Shown in pieces: positions 27,149 to 40,100 of a DNA stretch of 64,000 nt. The position numbers and the translations under genes are program-made. Positions within the stretch are counted from its first letter, which is position 1; each line of letters starts with the position of its first letter. The stretch covers positions 3,286,001 to 3,350,000 of the forward strand of contig CAJFCJ010000001.1 of assembly GCA_904063045.1 (NCBI GenBank). The letters are read 5' to 3'. A model generated the notes under the pieces. It had not been told where the DNA came from. It searched no databases and saw only the letters and a program-made list of their open reading frames with translations. The stretch is from Dimorphilus gyrociliatus (lineage: Eukaryota; Animalia; Annelida).

Positions 27149-30100
27149 ATGGAGAAAAATCACTTCATTTTTCTCGTTCTCTTGGCAGTGATTTATAACT
27201 ATAGTAAAATATCTTAATATTCATTTTTCACATAGAAATCTATAACTAATTTATTAAAATTATTTAAGACGTTGACTCGGCTACATCTCCAACCAATGAG
27301 ATTTATAATTGTGAAGAAAGACAGAGCGGAGATAAGAGCGTTTTTTGTGGAGTTTGTAAGACTGGTTCAATTCTTACAAAGGATAAAAAAAATTGCCTTA
27401 GTAATATTTTATTAATTTTCTACAACCAATCAAATTGAATAATGATAATTTTTCATTTGTTAGAATGTCCAGATAACTGTGATGAGTCGTACTGTTTAGA
27501 AAGACAATCTTGGACTGATATCAATGACGCAACGAATTGTACAAGTTGTAAGAGTAGCTATTTCCTTAAAGGAGAACTTTGTGAAAGTATACTTTCTAGA
27601 AATGAACTAATTAATTAATTAATTAATTAAAATTATTGTTTATAGAATGTCCCATTGGATGTAAAAATTGTACTACTGAAAATGAATGTGACGAATGTTT
27701 ATCCAATTACGTATTCAAGTCGCCTGTTAAAGATTGTACGGCTTGTCCATCTAATTGTTTAAGGTGTTCTTGGAATATCATAGATAAGAAATCTGAATGC
27801 GAATTTTGTTCTGAAGGATACGTTTTAGATGATAAGAAAACTTGTACTTGTAAGTAATTGAAACGTTTCTTGAAATTTTATTGCTATAAACGATTATGTT
27901 TCAGCGTGTGGCAGCAATTGTCTATCTTGCAGTTTTATTCAAGGAAAAGGCATCGAATGTAATAGATGTCATCCAAATATGTATATAACAACTGGTACCT
28001 CGGTAGAGTGTAAATTATGCTCATCAGCATTACCTGGTTGTAAAAGATGTTCAAACGAGGATACTTGTATTGAGTGTTTATCTTCGAGCTATTCACTCAG
28101 TTCAAGCGGAAAGTGCGAATCTTGTTCACCTATTCATGCAGCATGTATAAGCTGTGACGTTACCAGCGGCTCAAAGAAATGTTCAAAATGTTCAAGTGGT
28201 TATTACGTTAAGGATGATTCTTGTGCATCTTGTTCGAGGAATTGTGATACCTGCAGAGAAACAAACGACAAACTTGAATGTACCAAATGTAAGACAGACT
28301 ATACTGTTATAAAACAAAATAATTGTGATAGATGCCCTGACAATTGTTTGGATTGTGGAATTTCTAACGATAAGCTAGTCTGTAAATCGAACATGTGTTC
28401 TCCAGGATATACATTAAATGACGATAAATCATGTGCTAAATGTCCCAATAATTGCAAAGCTTGTACATGGAGTACTTCGAATTCAAGAACTGAATGTAAT
28501 GGAAACAGTGCTAGTCACTCTTGTGTTGAAAATGAGAATGGGAAATCATGGACAAGAAAGAGTGATGGAACGTGTGTTGGTAAGTTGATAACTCTTAAGT
28601 ATTCTTGATTTATATATAACTATTTTTCCTTACAGCTTGCCCAGATAAATGTTTCAAATGCTACTTTACTGACGAAACTCTGCAACCAATTTGCTATGCT
28701 TCTAAATGTTCTATTAAACACGGTTTTGATGATGCTACAGGTACTTGTTTTGCTTGCCCATCAGGATGTGATTATTGTAAGAGGACACTGAAAGGTGATA
28801 TTTGTCAAAAGTGTAGTGAAAAACATGCACCAAAGTACACAAGTGATAATACAATTGAGTCTTGCGAATGGTGTTCTATTTGGGATTGTGATTATTGTGA
28901 AGTCCTTGACGGTTCTGTCAAATGTAGAAGATCTCCTTGTGCATCGAAAGAAGTTAGTTCCGCTAACAAAAAATTTTCATTTACTAATAATGATTGCTCT
29001 GGTAACTGTCCAATTGATTCGAGCTGCGATTCAGGGAAGATTAATGATGAAAATGAAATTTGCTATTGTCGATCGTGTCCAGCAGGATCGGCTGTAATCC
29101 TAGTTGGTTCAAATGCTGGAGTGTGTAAAAGCTGTGGTCCCGATTGCGAAAAATGCGAATTGAATAGTGTCAAAAACGACGTCGAATGCAAAACTTGTAA
29201 AGGAGTTAAACAATGGCTTACTGTTGAAGTGGGCCCTCAGGCTGTATCAGTTAAGGGATGCTTTGGTATCTTTCTCACATTTTTATGGTTTTTATAAGCT
29301 ATAGTAACCTAATTCTCTTTCATTATAGATTGTTCGGCAGCTCAGCCTCATTGTAAACAATTGGAGTACGCTGGAAATCCACCTATTTGCAGGTGTAAAA
29401 TGAACAATTGCATAGGAGATCAAACTCAAAATTCACCAACAAAAAGACATACTGTTATTCAAGAAACTTCAGGCAGTCAGAGATGCAGAGGTAAAGGAAT
29501 ATCTCCTTATTCATAAATATGATATTTAACAATTAGATTTTCAGGTTGTTCGGATTTGTTTCCCAAAGCTTTGTGGTGTAGAGGAAATTATGCTAGCGAA
29601 TCATTAGAAAGCTGCCAGCAGGGATATCAAAAGCTTTCTGGTACCAATACTTGTAAAGGTATAGTTTTTTTTCATTGCAAATATACAGCACTTTAGATTA
29701 TATAGTCTTTTATATTTCTTAGCTTATCCTGACAATTGCGCAAACTGGGGTGATACACAATCTACTTCTGATGTCAGTAGAGTTGACTGCTTGAAATGCA
29801 TTCCTGGATATTATCTTTTTAACGGCAATTGTATATCTTGTTCTAGCGTTTTCGAGAACTGTCTTGAATGTGCTAGAGAGCCATCCAGTGTAGTATGCAC
29901 TGAGTGCTCTTCAGGGTCTGGTTTTAATTGTAAAACTCCTTGTACATCGTCTCCTATCCCGGATTGTGGTACAATGTGGGCTACTACAAATGCCAATACC
30001 TGTAAATGTAAAACTTGCTCTGGTAGTTCTAATCCCCAGAATCTTCACATCGTTGCTCCATATGTTGCATCTGTCCTCGGAAGTTCCTGTGGAGGAAAAA

Positions 30101-33100
30101 CAATGACAATATCTGGTTGTAACAAATATGGCAGTGGATCTCCAGATATTTGTGTCAAATGTAACGTCGATCATGCTCTATCTCCTTTAAGAGATGCTTG
30201 CTTAGGTACAAGCTTTTTTAAATTAGGATGTAAAGAAGGATATTCATTCGCTTTCGATCCAAGTAGTGTTCTTTGCAGAGTTCCTAAAGACGGTTTTATG
30301 GAGCATTCTGTCAAAAATAATCCTCCCATAAAGGTTGCTGATGATAATCTGGCAAATTCTGGGAGCGGTTGTACAGGCTACCTTTCGATAAATTCTGATA
30401 GCAGTTCAGATGGGAGATGTGGTGGATGTGAAACTGGGAAAGTTATTGATGTTTTATCGGAGAAAAAATATACATGTACAAGTTGTTCTACAACAGGCTT
30501 CCCTAACTGTGAATTTGCAGTAGCATATAAAGGATCTTGTCGATGTGGCAGGTGTAAAACGAGTAATTCTATTGCTTATGTTATGAGACCGGATCAGAGA
30601 GGCTGCGTTGAATGTTTAGGTATTGTTGATTGCTCCGTTTACACCCTACGTTTACTTGATGGCGAATTGAAATGTGCTTGTGCTAGTTGCGGTAATAACA
30701 AACTTGTAAATAGCGACGGTTTCAGCTGTATTGACTGCAGCAGTAAGCTTTGCTCACCTGGAGAGGTAAAAGCTGTTGATTCAAAGTGTGAATGTTCTTG
30801 TAATGACCAACAATTGATGAAAAATAACACTAATGGATGCGTTTCGTGTGGTACAAATTCGGATTTACCAAATTGCAAAAGTGGTCATTACAAATTACTT
30901 GAAAATGATCAATGTGGATGCTCTGAATGCATTTCTGGGCATGTCTTGAAGTCTGATCAATCAGCATGTTTAAGTTGTACAAAAACTACCCCTGGAAATA
31001 TAATACCCAACTGCAAGGTTTGCTTGGAAAGTACGACAGTATCTGGAACAATAGATAAATGTATTTCATGTGATGATGGATATGCTTTAAATCCTGCAGA
31101 TGGAAATTTAGCAGCGACTTGTCTGAGTTGCCAATCTGGATGTCAAAATTGTACTGTTGATAGAAGCAAGTCTCCTCCAACCACAGAGAGGAAATGTACA
31201 GCATGTAAAACAGGCTATACTTTAAATACTCAAGGAACTTGCATTAGGTGTCCCACAGAACCGAAAACTTGTAGCGAGTGTCGAATCGATCCTAAAGATA
31301 GTACTAATACTTTGTGTACACAGTTTGGTTGTGGATCGAATGCCTTAAGAGATTCAGATTTTAAATGTGAATCCTGTAAGATTAGCAACTGTGCAAAATG
31401 CGTCAAAGATGTTAACAACGTTTTCAAATGTCTCGATTGTAATGAAAAATTCTTTATGGATAAAGATGGAACGTGTAAACAATGTATTAGTGGCTGTGAT
31501 TTTTGCGTGAATGGTGAAACGTGTATTCCGAGTGGTTGTATAGAAGGATTCATTAGACATAGAACAGATGGAACTTGCCAGAAATGCACAGGTGATGGTG
31601 TTTCTAGATGCATTTATAAAGATACAACAACCGATGTATTAGTACCAATCATATGTAAAGAAGGTTTTAGATTAAATACACAGCCAACAATCAACGTTTG
31701 TGAAGGCAAGTAGACAAAATAAAATTCATTCAATTGAATTCAATTAATATTTTATACTTTTTAATTTTAGCTTGCAGTGAAAATTGTAAGAAATGTGAAA
31801 TAGCTGGAAAGGATAAATGTGATACAGATGGATGTAAAACTGGATTTTTTTTTGATATCTCTGATCAACTGTGCTACGAAAATAATCCTGAATGCTTAAT
31901 TTCTACTAGGATAAACGGCAAGATTGTTTGCTCATCGTGCAATGAAACAACTTCAGTTTTAGTTGATAATGAATGCAAACCGTGTCCGAATGAATGTAGC
32001 GGTTGTACATCAAATAATAATCAATTTACGTGTTCTTCTTGCAAGGGCGGCTATTATAAAAGAGACGACGGAGTTTGCCTTGAATGCCCTTCTGGTTGTT
32101 CTTCTTGTGCAATAGTTGAGGGAAGAGTGGCTTGTGAAGATTGCTTACAAGGATACAGTCTTCAAGGTGAAAGTTGTACTCAATGTGGAATCAGCGAATG
32201 TGATAAATGTAAGTTCGATTCGGGAAATTTAGCCTCCTGTGAGAAATGCTCTAGCAAATTCTATTTAAATACTGATGATTGCGGATCTTGTCCAGAATTT
32301 TGTGCAGAATGTACCTTTAATCAAAAGTATACCTGTACTAAATGCTATGATAAATATGCAAAGAGTTTGGATGGAAAGTGCATTAAATGTTCATCAAATT
32401 GCGCAATTTGTACTGCAAAACCTGATAAATCGACTAAATGTATAAAATGCATATCAAGTGAATTTTCTTTAGGACTCGATGGCGTATGTAGACCTTGCAA
32501 TAAGGCCATATTCAAAAATTGCTCAATCTGTGAATCTGAAAATGGGAAAGACAGGCCAAAATGTTTATCATGCGCAAAAGGATATACATTAAAAGACGAT
32601 GAATCGGGATGCGTTAAATGTTCCATTTCAGGATGTAATGACTGCAGTCATGGAAGAGTTTGTTTAAAATGTAAGAGAGGAACCTATTTGCATAATTACG
32701 ATAGAGAATGCGCTCGTAAGTAATTAATTTTAACGTTTGAAGAAGTGAAAAGATCAGGTCATAATGTTTTTTAATATTTTTACAGGTAAATGTTACGAAT
32801 GTCAAGGAAATGAAGAAGAGTGCGGGAAAGATATTTCCAAAATACAAAATATTACAAATACAGTAAAACTCATCGATTGCGGTATTGGAGACTGTTGGGT
32901 ACATAGAAGGGAAGAGGGAGACGTAGTTACATTTGAGAGATCTTGTTCGAAGCAAACATGTTCTTCAGGAACAGTTGAAGTCAATTGTAAGTCTGTGGAG
33001 GGAAAGAAAGAATGTTCAAGATGTTGTAAGGGACCAAAATGTAATACGTGGTTCTTGGACGGCTCTGCTGGATCAAATAAACTCAGTATTTCATATGTTC

Positions 33101-33138
33101 TATGTTTAATAAGTATTATACTTTTATCAATTAGTTAA
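27149..33138 (+). CDS. Copy A: intact 1791-aa GPI-type surface protein, CXXC/furin-like repeats plus C-terminal Ly6/uPAR domain (exons 27149-27203, 27269-27400, 27464-27586, 27646-27849, 27905-28579, 28636-29265, 29329-29490, 29545-29658, 29723-31705, 31771-32715, 32786-33138)
   Basis: Signal peptide MEKNHFIFLVLLAVIYNY, then dozens of CxxC-x(2-3)-CxxC units. The last exon is KCYEC...CCKGPKCN (Ly6/uPAR CCxxxxCN), then GSAG and a hydrophobic tail with no cytoplasmic region. Exons sum to 5376 nt with all introns in phase 1. Confidence 0.88.
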
Positions 33139-33659
33139 CTAATTATTACTAGTATGTAATATATCTATATTTTACGCATTTTTCACTTTTCTATTTCCTA
33201 TAAGTTATAAATTTCTTAAAAAAGCATCATGTATGTATATTTATTTATTACAATACATCTGTGAAATACTACATTCCACTTGGACAGTACTTGTATGTCG
33301 ATTGAAATCGGCAACACCTTCTACTTTTCAATCTTGTCATCATAGAGTGTTTCATTAAAAAATCAACTACTTTAGTCATATAGTGGAAAAGACACATCCA
33401 GAGCTGATAACTGATAAGACAAGAAAATCGTTCCTCTAGTAAACAACAATCGTGACATATAAGCGTATTGACAATTTGTTTGTCAAATAGCATAAATGGG
33501 TCAATTAAATAATTTTTACATTGCGTTATACCAAACAACAATTTTTCAAATTTAGTTAGTTGCTAATGATAATGCTAATCAATTCATTGCTATTATTAGA
33601 AATAATCAATAAATCCATAATAGGTTATTCATTTTTAAGCCGTTAGATGTTATAAATGA

Positions 33660-34800
33660 ATTCTTATAAGTGGTGGTTGTGCTACTGGATTTACTCTAGA
33701 TTTTTCTCCAACAAAATATGATTGTACATCATGTACTGCTGCTGGACTAGATCATTGCACTTTTGCTGTATCTTCGGGAGATACATGTATGTGTGGAAGA
33801 TGTACTGCTGATGTAGCAGGAAAAGTATATCATAAACATCCTACACTACCAGGATGCACACAAAATGATGAAATTCCCAATTGTTCTTCTCACACATTGA
33901 AACTTAAAAATGGAGCTTATGTAGTAGCATGGACAGCCTGTTCAGGTGTAAATGTTTTGGCTGAAGATGGATTGTCATGTGTGGCTTGCTCAAAAACTTG
34001 TACTGGAGGTTCAAAAGTAGTTGCTGCTGGTGCATCAACATGTACATGTGATTGTGCTGCTGTTGGTTTCGTAAATACTGCTGGAGATGATTGTATTACT
34101 TGTGCAACAGCTGGAAAAGCAGGATGTTCAGAGGTACACCTAAATGGAGCAACATGGGAGTGCAAAACATGCAATGTCAAACATGTTCTGTACCATCTGG
34201 TGGAAGTGGTCTTGTTTGTTTAACATGTTCAAATAAGTTTTATTTGAATAGTGATGATTGTGGCCAATGTCCGAAGTTCTGTAAAGAATGTTCATACAAT
34301 CAAAAATACGAATGTATAAAGTGTTATGAGAGATATGCAAAGGCATCAAATGGAACATGTGTACCATGTCCATCAAATTGTGAGACATGTATAGCCAATG
34401 CAGATAAGACAACAAGATGTACAAAATGCATATCAAATCATTTTCTTTAAAAACTGATGGAACTTGTGTACCATGTTCAGAAGCTGCTTTTGCAAATTGT
34501 GCAACTGGTGGACCAAACTGTAATTGTAATGAAATGAAAGTCAGTAATGATGCTATTTGAAAGGTTGATTTTTTATTTATGATAAAAATTATGATGCGTC
34601 TCTCAATACAAGCTGATGACTTTTGATGATCGTTGCCAATAGTTTTTGTTATATTATTAATATTGAAAAATGATTGATTTGCTCTTTCCAGAAGAATATT
34701 TTTTTATTATTGGGTCACATAAAGAAATATTGTATATAGTATAATAAATTTCTATGGTGTTCAAGAGAGAAATGTTTTAGTATTTCATTAATTTGAGAGG
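33660..34800 (+). pseudogene. Internally deleted remnant of a copy-D-like gene (part of exon 9 fused to part of exon 10, fused to 3' flank)
   Basis: 33660-34176 matches ~60890-61400, 34173-34518 matches ~62675-63020, and 34520-34800 matches the non-coding flank ~63705-63985. Confidence 0.88.
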
Positions 34801-34879
34801 AGACAATCAATAGATGCTGTAATTTCTCCATCATGAAAATTTTAGTAACAAAATTGGTATCTGTCAAACAACATTGGGA

Positions 34880-35045
34880 TAGGGGTCAACACAAAGCGTT
34901 CACAAGTGAGATATTGAAAGGTAACATTTCGGGTTGAACATTGTGGGCGAGAGGTTTCAATCTAATCAAAAAGATTAGACATAGATAAGAGCTACATTAG
35001 GGTTAGGATAAACCACACAATTTTTGATTTTTTCTGTCGCGTCCA
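34880..35045. mobile_element. MITE family member 1 (opposite orientation to 47747-47947)
   Basis: TAGGGGTCAACACAAAGCGTTCACAAGTGAGATATTGAAA...TAATCAAAAAGATTAGA...TTAGGGTTAGGATAAACCA aligns with the reverse complement of the 47747-47947 element. Confidence 0.7.
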
Positions 35046-35578
35046 GTTGGATTACACAATCCAAAAGTATTTTTGTAATCGAATAAACTGTGGTTACATA
35101 TAGATTTATATAAACTAATATACTGTATATAAGTATATATATCCAAACATTCTTTAAAGTATACAATAAGGTATTTAGGAATGTGAATTCTTTTTGTTAA
35201 AGTGCAGTACTCGCATTTCGTTTGAGAAAATGCTACTTTACTTGAAGATATAGCTCTTTATTGCCAGAAACATATATTATGAACTTTTGCTTTATTTTTT
35301 AACACTGTTTATCAGATGTGATAGTATTTTACTGTTGTTTTTAAAGTATGTATGCTGTATATTGTGGCTCTACATAATTTATGTATAAACCAGATGAAAT
35401 TCTATCTTACCTTTACAACATGTACTTAAGACGTAGAAAAATAAAATAATCGCTATTATCAATGACAGCAATAAAAAATACATCAATTATCCAAAAACAG
35501 AAAAGAAAATGATATTGTTGAATTGAATAAAAACATCTGCTTTAGCTAATTTTATCTATCAATTTTTGATAAAAGACT

Positions 35579-35910
35579 TCAAGTTTTGTTGATTAATATT
35601 GAGAATATAAATGAGAAATATATATATAAACTGATTACAGTTTGTCTCGCTGAACCTGCTTTACCATTTAATACCCAAGTATTACATTTTTCTCCTCTAC
35701 AATATTTTACACACTCTCTCTTTCCTTCTATCATTTTACAATTTTCATTCTCATTTGACGTGGTACAAGTTTCATTGGAACATCCTCTTGTAAATATTAC
35801 TGTTTTTGAAACTTCTGTTCTATAAGCCCAACAATCACCAATACCACAATCAATTATTTTCACTTTGTCTGTCACATTCTTTATATCAGACACATCATTT
35901 CCACAATCTT
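35579..35910 (-). pseudogene. Inverted orphan last exon (Ly6/uPAR domain plus hydrophobic tail) from a paralog not otherwise present in the window
   Basis: DCGNDVSDIKNVTDKVKIIDCGIGDCWAYRTEV...CVKYCRGEKCNTWVLNGKAG + hydrophobic tail*. It lacks the first KCxxC and its tail differs from A, B and D. Confidence 0.8.
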
Positions 35911-36009
35911 AAGCAAGTTTGAATATGAATTCAAAATATCAAGACATTTCAGTGCATGTTTGATGCAGAGAAATGTTTTACTTCTTGTGTTTTTCAATAC
36001 ATTAGCATT

Positions 36010-36420
36010 TTTTTTTCAGGGAAATGTTTTAAGTGTATAGGAAATCAAGCAGACTGTGGAAATGATATTTCTTGAATGAAGAATTCAACTGATAAAGTGA
36101 AAGTTATTGATTGTGGAATTGATGATTCCTGGTCTTGTGTCTGCAACTCTATTGATTGTATTGTGCATTGTTGTATTTTTTGCTCAGATGAGCCTTGTAT
36201 AAAGTTGTAAAGGAATTTATATTGTGTTAAAACTTGTGTCTTTTTTTCATATCTAAGCCGCGTATACTTTGAATTACTGATTAAAAATATATTTAATATC
36301 AATAATAACATCATCTACAACCTTCATGCCTAAAAGTTGATGTAAAATGAGCCACAGAAGACTGTTTGATATTTTAGGAGCCTTAGCTGATTTTGAAAAA
36401 AAAAATGCAAATTGTGCCAT
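36010..36420 (+). pseudogene. Deleted copy of the copy-B last exon plus 3' flank
   Basis: Near-identical to 43012-43605 apart from a ~180-bp internal deletion and an in-frame TGA. Confidence 0.88.
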
Positions 36421-37195
36421 TCGAAAGACTTGATGTAGAGCATGATATTGTATAATGTAAGGGTCATGATAGCAATCTGCTATCAAAGTTTGTTTGAAAG
36501 TTAGGTGTAAAGGACAAAAATTTCAAAAAAATATCAATATATAGAAGAAAGGAGTGCAATTTTCATAGCTATCTCATTTCCAACAATGACTAGACAAGCT
36601 TTAAATATTTCTTATAATAGTAAAAAAGATAAGACTTGAAGAAAGACATATCATTTGAAAAAGACAATCCTTGCCCACCAATCCCAGTAAATTAGAAAAG
36701 CAGTAGAAACAGAATGAGTACAAATTGGTTATAGACTATCCATTTTCTAGTATATATAAACATGATTAAAAGACAAATTATCTTATTATTTATTATCTAC
36801 TTTAAAAATTATAAGCTACTCTTAATCCTTTTGTAAATACAATATATTTGAATACTGTTTATTATTCTAATCTTTGAAAGAAATAGTTAGTTCAATCAAA
36901 CGCTGATTACAATCATAAGTTCAATACCCAAAAAAATTAATATTCTGATCCTAATACAAGACAAGTAAGAAGTATTTAAAAACCACAAAACAAATAATTT
37001 CATGCAAATATTAGTAGTTTAAAATGCAATGAACCAAGATATTATCCTAGAGATAGACCAAAAACAACGACTTAATATAAAAGGATATAAATCAATTGAA
37101 GGACATAATATTTTAGGAGAAAGACACTTCAGTTGAAAACCTAAAATAACTTTTCAGTAATTTCAATACACCCCAGGAAACTAACTAAGATAGGA

Positions 37196-40100
37196 ATGAG
37201 AACAATAGTTATCCTCTTTTTAGCAATTATTCTTCAGGGTAAATGTCTGTTCAATATCACATTCATAAAAAAAGTCACGTTTGCTTTAATCTTACTTTAG
37301 AATCAAGAGGTGCAACTGTTCCAACAACTAATGTTTACAACTGCGATGCTGGACAGACTGGACTTCGACGTGTAACTTGTGGTATGTGTTCTTCGGGAAG
37401 AATACCAACTAAAGATAAGTTAAAATGTTTACGTAAGTCTGTTGTTTTTTCATTTTGTCAATATTTCAAAGATATTGTGTTCTAGTCATTTATTGTTTAA
37501 ATAGAATGTCCAAATTGGTGTATAAAAGGCGAGTGCGTTGAGAAATCTTCTTGGACAAATGAAAATGACGCAACTGATTGTAAAGCTTGCACTGAACACT
37601 ACTATCTTAAAGGGACAGTTTGCGAAGGTAAAGTGATTTTTAAGACAATGAAATAAGTTTTATACAGTATACAGCATTACAGCAAATTGTAGTACTTGAA
37701 AAATTCTATATACTGTATTACAGAATGTTCAATTGGGTGCAAAAATTGTACTGATGCAACTATTTGCAACGCTTGTTATTCAAATTATGTACTGAAAGAT
37801 ACGCCTAAGGAATGTGCCTCTTGCCCATCGAATTGTGTTGCCTGCAATTGGAATACCGCAAACGCAGCAGCCGAATGTTCGACATGTAAAGATGAGTTTG
37901 TTGTCAACGATAAAAAAACTTGTACAGGTCAGTTTCTTTTTTCTTTGACACAATAGATACAGTATATCTTACGGCTTTTCTCATTATAAACATGACGCAT
38001 TTTCAGCTTGTGGATCGTACTGTAAGTCATGCTCATACTCCAAAGATAACGGTGTTAGTTGTAGTAGCTGCTATTCTAATGCCTACAAAGAAACAAATAG
38101 TGCTGTTTCCACTTGCAAATTATGCTCAACAGCAATCTCTGGCTGTAAAAGGTGTACAAATAAAGATACTTGTACTGAGTGCTTATCAAAAGCATATTCT
38201 ATTACATCTTCAAATAAATGTGAAGCGTGTAGCACAGTTTCTGCATCGTGCATAGAATGTGATGCAAGTAGTGGAGTTAACAAATGTAAAAAATGCATGA
38301 GTGGTTATTACTTAAACTCTGGCTCCTGTTCTCTATGTCCACGAAATTGTGATACTTGCGAACAAAGGGACAATATTATTAAATGCACAAAGTGTAAAGT
38401 AGATTATACAATTGTTGATGTAAAGAGCTGTGATAGATGTCCAGATAATTGTCTCCAGTGCCATGTAGTAGTGGACAAATTGGTTTGTAGAACAGGAGGA
38501 TGTGCATCTAAATATGCATTAAATTCGAATAATCTATGTAGTAAATGTCCAGACAATTGCAATGCATGCACCTGGAACTCGGCAAATTCCAGAACTGAAT
38601 GTAACGGAAATGGCGCAAGTCATTCTTGCGTTGAAAATTTTGGAGGAAGATCTTGGGGGAGAAAAAATGATGGAACCTGTGTTTGTAAGTTTGTTTCTAT
38701 CGTTGTTGTCTTCTTTTTTAATGGACATTAAATTTTCATTATGTAATTTTATTAATATAAAATTTTGCAGCTTGCCCAAGTAATTGTCTAAAATGCTACT
38801 TTAAAATTACTTCATCTTCTACTCCAGTATGTTATGCTTCTAAATGTGCTAAAGGATTCGGTTTTGATGATACTACTGGAACATGTTTTCCATGTCAAAC
38901 AGGGTGTGATTATTGTAAAAAAGCATCGACTAGTTCCATATGTCAAAAATGTAGTGAAAAATATGCACCTAAATTCGTTACTGGAACATCAAATATAGAA
39001 ACGTGTATTTCATGTTCCTCATTAAGCAATTGCGATCATTGTGAAGTTATTGGAAATGATGTAAAATGTAGAAGATCACCGTGTGCATCAAAGTCGACTG
39101 GAACAAATAAGAAATTTTCATTTTCAAGTAGTACTTGTGCTACTGCATGTCCAGCAGATAGTTCTTGCCCGTCGGCTGATGTTCATGATGAGAATGAAAT
39201 TTGTTACTGTAGGAACTGTCCATCAGGATCAGTAACAGTTACAGCAGGAGCGAATGCAGGTGTTTGTAAAAGTTGCGGAATCGACTGCGAGGAATGTGTA
39301 TTGTCTGCTAATAAAGAAGATGTTGAGTGTAGGACATGTAAAGGATCGAAACAATGGGTTACAGTGGAAACAGGCTCTCCCGCTGCTATTGTAAGAGGAT
39401 GTTATGGTATGTATTATTAAATCAATGCTAATATTCATTAATAAGTAATTAATCTATATATGAGTTCTTTAATTTAATGCAAAATAAAAATAATAATTTT
39501 ATTTAAAGACTGTTCAATTGCTTCTCCGATGTGTAAACTATTTGAATACACCGGTAGTCCTGCTATTTGCAAATGTAAAACTGGTGAATGCATAGGTGAT
39601 ATATCTCATACCTCACCAAATGATAGACTGACTGTCTTACAATCTCCAACCAATCACCAAGAGTGCAAAGGTTAGTAATAATATAATAATCATCTCAATT
39701 GATTTAAAATAAATGTGTTTAAAGCTTGTCATGAACATGTATCAAACGCTTTATGGTGCGGTGGAACATATGCAATGCCTACTCTTGCCACATGTAAATT
39801 TGGTTATATGAGAGATTGTGGTGGAACGGCTTGCTTGAGTATGTTGAAAAGACTTACTTTATAAATCCATTCTGTTCATATATTTATATTTTATTTTATG
39901 TTATAATACAGAAATAGTGCCAAATTGTGCCTTCGCTTTCCCCATACCTTCCCCAGTTTCTCCTTCAATAGCCACTTGCACACAATGTGCAACCAATGCT
40001 TACTATGATCCAACAACTGGCTTGTGTCCAATATGTAATGCAGACCCTACAAGAGCTTCTTGCACGTCATGTATTTATGATTCAGGAAATGTGCTGTGTA

